From positions 928,001 through 992,000 of the forward strand of contig CAVTRY010000011.1 in assembly GCA_963737265.1 (NCBI GenBank): DNA of 64,000 bases. The letters are read 5' to 3'. Below, piece by piece: positions 1 through 7,432 of this stretch (positions within the stretch are counted from its first letter, which is position 1; every line of letters starts with the position of its first letter). A program made the translations under genes and the position numbers. The notes beneath the pieces are model-generated. The model worked only from the letters and a program-made list of their open reading frames with translations, made no database searches and was not told where the DNA came from. The DNA is from an uncultured delta proteobacterium. GTDB taxonomy: Bacteria > Myxococcota_A > Polyangia > Fen-1088.

Positions 1-997
1 GAAGGGAGCCGGACGCCCGAAACTGGTGACATACGATCCCGAGCTGCCGCGGCTGCTTGAGTCGCTGGTGGAGCCGCTTACCCTCGGCGATCCGGAATCG
101 CCGCTTCGGTGGACATGCAAGAGCACTCGGGCCCTCGCTCTGGAGTTGACTGCGCGCCGCCACCCAATAAGCCACGAGAAGGTTGCCCAACTTCTACGAG
201 ACATGGACTATAGCTTGCAGGGGAACAGGAAGACCGAAGAGGGGGAGGATCATCCGGATCGCGATGCCCAGTTTCGGCACATCAATCGAGAGGTGCGACG
301 TACGATGGCGGAGATGTGCCCTGTGATTTCGGTGGACACCAAGAAGAAAGAACTCGTCGGAAACTATCGAAACGCCGGACAGCAGTGGCGACTCAACGGG
401 ACTGCCGACGTGGTGAACGGCCACGACTTCCCGGATCCGTCAGTGCCCCGCGCGTACCCATATGGCATCTACGACATGGCACGCAACACGGGATTCGTGA
501 ATGTCGGAACCGACCACGACACGGCGGCGTTCGCGGTAGCGTCGATACGCGGATGGTGGCAGCACGAAGGAAGGCACTTGTATCCTCAGTCCACCCAGCT
601 GCTGGTCACGGCTGACTCTGGCGGCAGCAACGGCTACAGGCTGCGCTTGTGGAAGGTCGAACTGCAGCGACTTTCCGATCAGACCGGTCTATCGATCAAG
701 GTGTGCCACTTTCCGCCAGGAACGAGCAAATGGAACAAGGTCGAGCACCGGCTCTTTTCATTCATCTCGTCGAACTGGCGGGGTGAGCCGTTACGTGACT
801 ACGAGACAATCGTGGGCCTGATTGCAGGAACGACCACAGCAAAGGGACTCGCAGTCCAGTGTCGTCTCGATCGGCGCAAGTACCCAGTCGGCCGACGGAT
901 CACTGACGAGGAATTGGCGGAACTCAGTATCACCCGGTTGCCGTTCCACGGTGAATGGAACTACACAATCCATCCCAGGCGAGCACGTAAGCTGTAA
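1..997 (+). CDS. ISAzo13-family transposase (5' part outside the window)
   Basis: Family motifs GDPESPLRWTCKS, ISVDTKKKELVG, ADSGGSNG, HFPPGTSKWNKVEHRLFS and FHGEWNYTI. Confidence 0.93.
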   Translation, partial: KGAGRPKLVTYDPELPRLLESLVEPLTLGDPESPLRWTCKSTRALALELTARRHPISHEKVAQLLRDMDYSLQGNRKTEEGEDHPDRDAQFRHINREVRRTMAEMCPVISVDTKKKELVGNYRNAGQQWRLNGTADVVNGHDFPDPSVPRAYPYGIYDMARNTGFVNVGTDHDTAAFAVASIRGWWQHEGRHLYPQSTQLLVTADSGGSNGYRLRLWKVELQRLSDQTGLSIKVCHFPPGTSKWNKVEHRLFSFISSNWRGEPLRDYETIVGLIAGTTTAKGLAVQCRLDRRKYPVGRRITDEELAELSITRLPFHGEWNYTIHPRRARKL

Positions 998-1021
998 ATG
1001 TTAATTCTTGACGGCGCCTTA
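1..1021 (+). mobile_element. ISAzo13-family IS, right part, ending ...TTAATTCTTGACGGCGCCTTA
   Basis: The transposase is followed by a terminus ending in TA (1020-1021). IS3-like coding sequence resumes at that TA. The exact IR cannot be verified without the left end. Confidence 0.7.
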
Positions 1022-1107
1022 CCGAACCCCGAACGAAGTCGAGGCCGACCTGCGCAATGGTGTGCTGGCCGCTTAAACCAAGTGTCCACGGAATCGGGGC
1101 AAGCTCA
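1020..1107 (+). mobile_element. Right end of an interrupted IS3-family element
   Basis: 1020-1076 reads YRTPNEVEADLRNGVLAA*, like an IS3 OrfB C-terminus. It is followed by GTGTCCACGGAATCGGGGCAAGCTCA (1082-1107), an IS3-type IR ending in CA. Confidence 0.7.
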
Positions 1108-1236
1108 ACCGGCGGCGGGAACGAATCTTCAGGTCGTGCGATGATCCCCATCTTCGGCGTGGGCGACGACGCCTCCGATGCCGATGTGGATCGACTGGAC
1201 ATCCCCACCCTTCTACTGGCAAGGCAGGGCGAAGCG

Positions 1237-1425
1237 GTGACGCGCAAAACGCCTGACCTGCCCGACACCGCCCGCCTGGAGCAAATCCAGTACCACATCT
1301 ACGTCCGCGGAAAGATCGAGCGCGGCCAGCGTGACGTAGAAGCCGGACGCGTGGTCAACCAAGACGAGGCCAAGCGACGGATGGCCAAGTGGCTCGGCGG
1401 CAGCGTCAACGCGCAGGCGTGGTAG
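1237..1425 (+). CDS. Small antitoxin-like protein (type usually paired with RelE/ParE), probably 5'-degraded
   Basis: LPDTARLEQIQYHIYVRGKIERGQRDVEAGRVVNQDEAKRRMAKW resembles short addiction-module antitoxins. No toxin gene follows. Start uncertain. Confidence 0.55.
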   Translation: MTRKTPDLPDTARLEQIQYHIYVRGKIERGQRDVEAGRVVNQDEAKRRMAKWLGGSVNAQAW

Positions 1426-1440
1426 GTTTGTCGCAAGCTC

Positions 1441-1692
1441 ATGGTCACGGTCCAAGTGCAGATCCCCGAGGAGACCTTCTCGGCGCTTCGCCGATCTCCC
1501 GACGAGATAGCCGGCGAGCTACGTCTTGCTGCCGCCGTCCACTGGTACTCGCGCGGCCTCATCTCGCAAGAGCGCGCTGCACAGCTGGCTGGGCTTGACC
1601 GAACGGATTTCATCCTGGTTCTCGCCCGCGAGGGTATGGACGTCTTCGCGGTGGACATGAACTCGCTCAGGCGAGAACTGGCTGATGGCTGA
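1441..1692 (+). CDS. UPF0175-family antitoxin-like protein
   Basis: ELRLAAAVHWYSRGLISQERAAQLAGLDRTDF; paralogous to 14496-14759. Confidence 0.8.
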   Translation: MVTVQVQIPEETFSALRRSPDEIAGELRLAAAVHWYSRGLISQERAAQLAGLDRTDFILVLAREGMDVFAVDMNSLRRELADG

Positions 1693-1849
1693 CCAGGCCC
1701 TCGTCAACGCCTCCCTGTATACGATCGCCCGGAAAGACGGCGCGACGATCGTGACGAGCGCGGGCCCGAGATGCTCCAACCGCTTGGAATCCAAAGCGCA
1801 TGTCGAAACCAGCGATCTAGCTCAGCGCGATCGTGTCCGAGCCCTCTGA
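1685..1849 (+). pseudogene. Remnant of a DUF3368/PIN toxin
   Basis: Overlaps the UPF0175 stop and begins MADQALVNAS (compare MADHIVNTSPL at 14503). It is only about 54 codons and loses similarity quickly. Confidence 0.5.
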
Positions 1850-1951
1850 CGTGATCGTTTCCATATTGGACCGTCGATAGGCGCACCACGCGCGTGAAAC
1901 GCGTGGCAAAGAAGCCATCCTCCCGGAATCAGACTGGGTTATCCTCCTGCT

Positions 1952-2473
1952 ATGGGGTTCTTTTCGGGAGCATTTGAACCAAGCCAGGCGGCGGTGGATT
2001 TCGCCAACGCGATCGAACACTTTCGATACAAATCCGGCTCGGCGGAGATTAGGTTTCGCGATGCGCTTCTGCACCATCTTGCCGAAGAACTGGCGATATC
2101 ACCAAAGGGCGAGGGTGGACTCCCTTTTCAAGGCACACGTCTTGACCTTTGCTTTCGCTACCTAGATGAGGACTTCATTGTTTCAATCAAGCAAGGCCTC
2201 AACGAGCAGAAGGTGAAGAACGTCCTCGGAGAAAGTGTCGTAGTCGCATCTACCCTGGCCGACAACCAGCACCAACGCCGAGTAAACCTTGTCATCCTGG
2301 TCATGCAAGACGAACGCTGGGACTCAGCCAGAGTGCATGGGGATGCGAAAGCCCTTCACACCGGGCTTCAGTTTCTTGCAGAGTCGATCAAGGGATTTCC
2401 ACGCCTATCGATCCTTGTCTACCTCGCGATTTGCAATCCCGACGGGGCGGATGTTCTATGCATTAGCGCCTAA
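1952..2473 (+). CDS. Hypothetical protein, possible PD-(D/E)xK nuclease-like fold
   Basis: 173-aa ORF with the pattern E...RLDLCF...FIVSIK...VLGE followed by hydrophobic strands. Confidence 0.45.
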   Translation: MGFFSGAFEPSQAAVDFANAIEHFRYKSGSAEIRFRDALLHHLAEELAISPKGEGGLPFQGTRLDLCFRYLDEDFIVSIKQGLNEQKVKNVLGESVVVASTLADNQHQRRVNLVILVMQDERWDSARVHGDAKALHTGLQFLAESIKGFPRLSILVYLAICNPDGADVLCISA

Positions 2474-2593
2474 ACCGACAGCACCCTACGAAGCCTACCC
2501 ACTGTCTGAATACGTCAGCCTTGACGTGGGGAACCGACGGGGTGATGATCGGGCGGTCTACCGTCTCGCGTGCGACTCGCAAATGGAGGGACC

Positions 2594-4336
2594 ATGAAAC
2601 TTAGTCTGGCTGCTGTGCTTCTGGGATCGATGGCGATGGCTTCCTGTACCGGCAGTTCGGGCGGAGGCGGAAGAGCGACGCCCGATGCCGGTACGCCATC
2701 CGCAGACGCGGTTACCTCGGCTGATGCCACCGTTCCAGACATCGCGATTCCCGACGCAGTGATGCCCGACTCGGTGATTCCAGATATCGCGCTTCCCGAT
2801 GCTGCTGGATCTGACGCAGCAGTTCCCGACATCGCAATGCCCGATGCTGTGATGCCCGACGTGGTAGTTCCCGACGTCTCGGTTCCCGATGCTGCCGGGC
2901 CTGACGTCATTCGAGATCTAGCGAATCCCGATTTGTCTGTTCCTGGCGATGCATCCATGCCGACGCCGGATGCAGGAAGCGGAGCCATGCCCCGATTTGT
3001 CGACCCTCCAGACGCGGGCGGATCCAAACAACTGCTCACGTGCATCGCGCATCTCTATGGAAAGACCATTGCGGGCGTGCCACTGCATCCCATCGCAGCG
3101 GTGAGCGTGACCAACCCTGGTTCGGCTCCGGCTGACGTGATCGTTACCGCCCAACTCCAAAACTACTCGGACAAGTCGTCGGTAGGGCTTCACGTCCCTG
3201 CGAGCGGAACCGCTTCGACTCCGCCCATCGATCTCAGTCTTCACCTTTCCGACCTCTACACCATAAGCGCTCCGGTAACCGCAAACGTCACGCTAGAACT
3301 CGCCCTCGCGGGAAACGCGGCCCTTCTCGACGCGCACTCGAAAAGCATTGCGATACTTCCCAAGAACACGATCTACTGGTCGATGCCCGACTCCACCGGG
3401 AACCAGGTAGACACCAGATTCTTCATAGGGGCCTTTGTCACGCCTCACGACCAGGCGCTTTCCGTCGACCAGTTGCTCAAAGACGCTGCGTCGTACAGCA
3501 GGTTCAACCAGATGATCGGCTACCAGTACACCTCCATACTCAATCAAAGCAGTGTGTCCTCCTTGTCAGCCGTTGCGCCAGGCCAGTGCTCTACAAAGAG
3601 CCTGGCCTTGCATGCCGGCCCGCTGTCCATCAGCGCTGCCGCCTCGTGTTCCTCGCTGTGTGCATCTTCCAACGCCTACGTCCAGATCTACACGCAGGCC
3701 GCACTGGCCGGCTCCGGGGCACCACTTGGCGAGATAGACGGATTGGGTTCGTGGAGCGGCACATTGAACGTGCCAGCCGACGACACCTATGTCTTCGCCG
3801 GGTGTAACCCGTCGGCCAACTCAACCAACCGCGATTTCACTATCACCTTGGCCCCGACTGCCGCCACAGGGGCATTTGATCAGATGGGAGCGATTTTCTT
3901 AGCTCTCAAGGCGCGTGGCTTGCAGTACGTGACTGTTGCGCAGGACTTTTTCGCAAGTGCCCAGAACGTGAAGTACCCAGTGGAATCACTGGCTACGACG
4001 AGTGCAAACTGCATCGACGGAACGCTCGTGTTCGCCAGCGCCCTTGAATCGATGGGAATGCGACCCGGCATCATCATGTTTTCAGATCATGCGACCATCG
4101 CCGTGCTCGCCGATCCCAGCGCCGATCCTTGTACCATCGCCAACTGGTTTCCCATGGAAACGACGATGGTTTCGAGCAACACGCCGATGGAGGCCGTCAC
4201 CTACGACGTCAAGAACCATATGTCCGATGTGGTCCAAGTCTTCGCGTCAGAATGTTCGGGTGTCACGCCAAATGTCCCGACCATCTTCGACGTGAAGTCT
4301 CTACGGGACCTCGGCATCACGCCAGCCTCGATGTAG
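2594..4336 (+). CDS. Lipoprotein with PDxxx repeat linker and C-terminal transglutaminase-like domain
   Basis: RBS GGAGG, signal peptide ending MASC, 5-aa repeats (PDAVM/PDIAL/PDVVV), and ANCIDGTLVFASALE...DHA...METT (Cys-His-acidic triad pattern). Confidence 0.7.
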   Translation: MKLSLAAVLLGSMAMASCTGSSGGGGRATPDAGTPSADAVTSADATVPDIAIPDAVMPDSVIPDIALPDAAGSDAAVPDIAMPDAVMPDVVVPDVSVPDAAGPDVIRDLANPDLSVPGDASMPTPDAGSGAMPRFVDPPDAGGSKQLLTCIAHLYGKTIAGVPLHPIAAVSVTNPGSAPADVIVTAQLQNYSDKSSVGLHVPASGTASTPPIDLSLHLSDLYTISAPVTANVTLELALAGNAALLDAHSKSIAILPKNTIYWSMPDSTGNQVDTRFFIGAFVTPHDQALSVDQLLKDAASYSRFNQMIGYQYTSILNQSSVSSLSAVAPGQCSTKSLALHAGPLSISAAASCSSLCASSNAYVQIYTQAALAGSGAPLGEIDGLGSWSGTLNVPADDTYVFAGCNPSANSTNRDFTITLAPTAATGAFDQMGAIFLALKARGLQYVTVAQDFFASAQNVKYPVESLATTSANCIDGTLVFASALESMGMRPGIIMFSDHATIAVLADPSADPCTIANWFPMETTMVSSNTPMEAVTYDVKNHMSDVVQVFASECSGVTPNVPTIFDVKSLRDLGITPASM

Positions 4337-4346
4337 CAGTGGCGCC

Positions 4347-4847
4347 CTATGCCCGTCCCCGCCACAACGAAGCGAGGTCGCCGAAAAACCAGCGATCGAA
4401 CCGCTTGAGCGTTCCCATTTTTCGCGCCTTTGCCGGCGTCTGAAGCGCTTGCGCATGCCTTTCAGATGCTTGCGCTAGCGCTAGCACTCCGGCGGTTTCG
4501 GCGCTTGCAGCCTGCTCGATCGCGCGCTCGCAAGCGCTTTCCGGCGCATCCATCTCAGCGCTTGCGCATGCCGTTGCCGGTTCGTCTAGCAGCGCCGCAT
4601 CCAGCGCGGTCGCGCCTATGCCCACGGCCGGCACCGCGAATCCATCGCCCATACAAGCGCTGTCGCCGGGCACTACCGTCTGAACATCTGTGAGCGCCTC
4701 CAGGCGCGCTCGCGCCGCCGTCATTGCGGCGCCCTTGTCCGCGATCCCTGTCCTCCAGACGCGCCTGCGCCCGTCTGAAAGCCACATCTCCGCATCCCAG
4801 ACCTCGCGCCCGGCCTTGCGATACAGGTACAGACGCGGTTCAGACAC
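4347..4847 (-). CDS. Hypothetical protein with an integrase-arm-like N-terminal domain and Ala-rich tail
   Basis: GTG start after GGAAGG; LYRKAGREVWDAEMWLSDGRRRVWRTGIADKGAA; no recombinase catalytic domain. Confidence 0.5.
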   Translation of the reverse strand: MSEPRLYLYRKAGREVWDAEMWLSDGRRRVWRTGIADKGAAMTAARARLEALTDVQTVVPGDSACMGDGFAVPAVGIGATALDAALLDEPATACASAEMDAPESACERAIEQAASAETAGVLALAQASERHAQALQTPAKARKMGTLKRFDRWFFGDLASLWRGRA

Positions 4848-5045
4848 TGGATTCCTTCCGGGCCTTGCCGATCTCATTGCCGAGAAGGATTCCGATCATC
4901 AACACAACAAGGAGCAGGGACAACGCGCGCATGACTCCAGTTTTCCAGACCGATTTTCAGACGTCCAGCATGAAGAATGAAGTGGACCCCAAAAATGGGA
5001 CCAGGAGCTAAGGTGTAGTCCGCCTCAACAACGAGGCAGGACACG

Positions 5046-5339
5046 ATGAAAACGAACCGCCAAAAGCACACAGCACTCTTCAAGGCGCAGGTAGCTCTCG
5101 AAGCCATGCGGGAGCAGGCAACGGTTGTGGAGATCGGGCGCCGATATAAGATCAACCCGAACCTGGTTCACAAGTGGAAGAAGGAAGCCGTCACACGGCT
5201 GGCCATGGTTTTCGAACCAGGCCATGCAAATGCAGAGGAATCGGCGAACGCCGAACGCGAATCGGAATTGCTGCGCAAGGTGGGGCAGCTGACGCTGGAG
5301 AATGATTTTTTAGCACGCGGGCTCGCGCGCATTCGCTGA
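5046..5339 (+). CDS. IS3 transposase OrfA (HTH)
   Basis: HTALFKAQVALEAM...LVHKWKK...LLRKVGQLTLENDFL. Confidence 0.9.
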   Translation: MKTNRQKHTALFKAQVALEAMREQATVVEIGRRYKINPNLVHKWKKEAVTRLAMVFEPGHANAEESANAERESELLRKVGQLTLENDFLARGLARIR

Positions 5340-5353
5340 CGGAGAAGCGCGCC

Positions 5354-6178
5354 ATGATCGAGCCCCACAACGACCTATCTGTCCGTCGGCAGTGCGAGCT
5401 GCTGAATCTTGCGAGATCGGGCATCTACTGGGAGCCGATGCCGATGGCAGAGGAAGATCTGGCCATCTGCAAGGAGCTGGACAAGCTGCATCTCGAATTG
5501 CCAGCATTCGGCAGCCGGAAGCTGTCACGGTTGCTAAAGGCACAGGGGCAGACGGTGAATCGCAAACGGGTGCAGAGACTGATGCGAATCATGGGCATCG
5601 AAGCGCTGGCGCCCAAACCACGGACGACCGTGCCCGCGCCGGAACATACGAAATTCCCGGTACTTGCTGCGCCATCTCGCGATCATTCGGCCCAATCAGG
5701 TGTGGGCCTCGGATATCACGTACATCCCGACGAGACAGGGGCATTGCTACCTGGTCGCCGTGATGGATTGGTACACGCGCCGGGTTCTGTCCTGGCGCAT
5801 TTCAAACACGATGGACAGCCGTTTTTGCATCGAGGTCGTGGAAGAAGCTCTTGCGAACTTCGGCTTGCCGGAGATCTTCAACACCGACCAGGGGTCGCAG
5901 TTTACCGACGACAACTTCACATCGGTTTTGCTGGACAAGGGCGTAAAGGTCAGCATGGACGGTCGCGGCCGATTCATGGACAACATCTTCGTTCGAGCGT
6001 CTATGGCGGTCTGTCAAATGCGAGGAGGTCTACTTGAACGACTACCGAGACGTGGCCGACGCCCGCAGTGGCATCGCGATCTACCTGGACAAGTACAACC
6101 ACAGGCGGCCTCACCAAACCCTTGGATTTCAGACACCCGTAGCGTTTTACGAATTCGAACTAAAGAAGTCGGCGATGA
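5354..6178 (+). CDS. IS3 transposase OrfB (DDE), two apparent frameshifts (~5660, ~5993)
   Basis: SVRRQCELL, VNRKRVQRLMR, WASDITYI, FNTDQGSQFT, DNIF.ERLW and YNHRRPHQTLG are spread over three frames. Confidence 0.88.
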
Positions 6179-6418
6179 AAGAGGCCGCCTAAATCGCCGC
6201 TGCATCATGCTGATGGCACGCTGCCCACAACTGCAACGCGTTCACCTGCTTCTGTGGGGCCGTGCGCGCATTGCATCCGTGGACAGCAGCCATCAGCATG
6301 CCTCCGCTCTCAACAATTTCCTTGCCGGCGAGGCTCACCCGGATCTACAAACAAACCCACGCGGACTCTCTCTTAGCTCGGGCCATTTCTGGTCCTACCA
6401 AAGGGGTCCACTTCAGAA

Positions 6419-7249
6419 CGCTTCGTGCCGTTCCCTTCCTCCAGGTTCCACGAGGAACGAATCAAACATATACTCGCAGGCATGTACGAGGGCTTTTTGC
6501 TAAATCCAGACGGGCCGCAAGGTGACAAGATCCGATCGGAAATCGGAAACTCTAGCTACGCCTTCCTCCCCAACCCTGAGGAGTTCTTCTTCTGTCCCTG
6601 GCACAACCTAGAAAAGGCGGAGCTCACGGCCGAGACGCTTCCACCAACGGCAAACGTCGTTTGTAGTTTTACCGCTGGCGAGGACTGTTACATCCCTTGT
6701 CCGGAGCGCAGTGGCAGGCTCCCCATCGAGAACCTGCCCTGTGAGGGATACTTCTCACCTTCGCCAGAGGGCATTGGGGTCGATGTGCTCATGAACCAGG
6801 GCTTTCACCTGGAAGCACTCCCCGATGGGCGACAGGTCTTCTTCATCCCCAATCACACCGCGATAAAGCAGCTTGGACCTTTCACCCCTACGGTCTGGAA
6901 GCGACTCGTTGACAACATCAATGATTCACGGGCGAAGGTAATTCGGCATGCGTACCAGGTCACGCTAGGCGTGCTCCAGATCTGGCGAAGGATCGGCCCG
7001 TCGATGGCGCGCGTGCGCGAGTGCAACAAAGATACGGAGGAAGGCCGTGAAGCATTCTTCGCCGTCCTTCAGCAAATTGATCCCAGCGGCAGAAACAGAA
7101 AACTGGAGGAATGGATTTCTTACTGGGCCGAAGATCTCCACAATGAGCCCGCGAAGGAATTCAAGCCGCACCTGGAAGCCCGCAAAGTGCTTGCCCGCGC
7201 AACCGGTCTCGGGGCAGCGAATATCGGAACAATCGTCGGGCGCGGCTAG
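6419..7249 (+). CDS. Hypothetical protein, probably 5'-interrupted by the IS3
   Basis: Open frame of about 275 codons. Removing the IS and one GAA joins it in frame to the ORF ending ...DVQHEE at 4977. Confidence 0.55.
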   Translation, partial: RFVPFPSSRFHEERIKHILAGMYEGFLLNPDGPQGDKIRSEIGNSSYAFLPNPEEFFFCPWHNLEKAELTAETLPPTANVVCSFTAGEDCYIPCPERSGRLPIENLPCEGYFSPSPEGIGVDVLMNQGFHLEALPDGRQVFFIPNHTAIKQLGPFTPTVWKRLVDNINDSRAKVIRHAYQVTLGVLQIWRRIGPSMARVRECNKDTEEGREAFFAVLQQIDPSGRNRKLEEWISYWAEDLHNEPAKEFKPHLEARKVLARATGLGAANIGTIVGRG

Positions 7250-7432
7250 CGGCCACTCGCGCTCAAAATCTGTTTGTCACCGTTCCGTTGGTTCTGCATT
7301 TCCAGCGGCGCAAACCTCTGGAATTCCAGCCATCTGGATAGCGTTTGTCAGATCGGCGCCCAAATCCTAATTTGTCAATTCAGGGGTCAAATCCAAAGAG
7401 CGCCGCCGACGGCAATCCTGTATTCGTGAATC

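Larger units (their letters stand above)
4978..6415 (+). mobile_element. Complete IS3-family insertion sequence (1438 bp) with 3-bp GAA target duplication
   Basis: IRL TGAAGTGGACCCCAAAAATGGGACCAG versus reverse-complemented IRR TGAAGTGGACCCCTTTGGTAGGACCAG. GAA lies at 4975-4977 and 6416-6418. Confidence 0.93.

Noticed and set aside
2690-2990. 15-bp periodic repeats as a CRISPR array or non-coding repeat
   Set aside because: They are in-frame PDxxx pentapeptide codons with synonymous variation. There are no spacers and no cas genes in the window.
6180-6390. Passenger gene or separate ncRNA inside the IS3 right end
   Set aside because: No credible ORF. The partial inverted repeats (GCTGCCCACA...GTGGACAGC) fit the structured non-coding tails common in IS ends.
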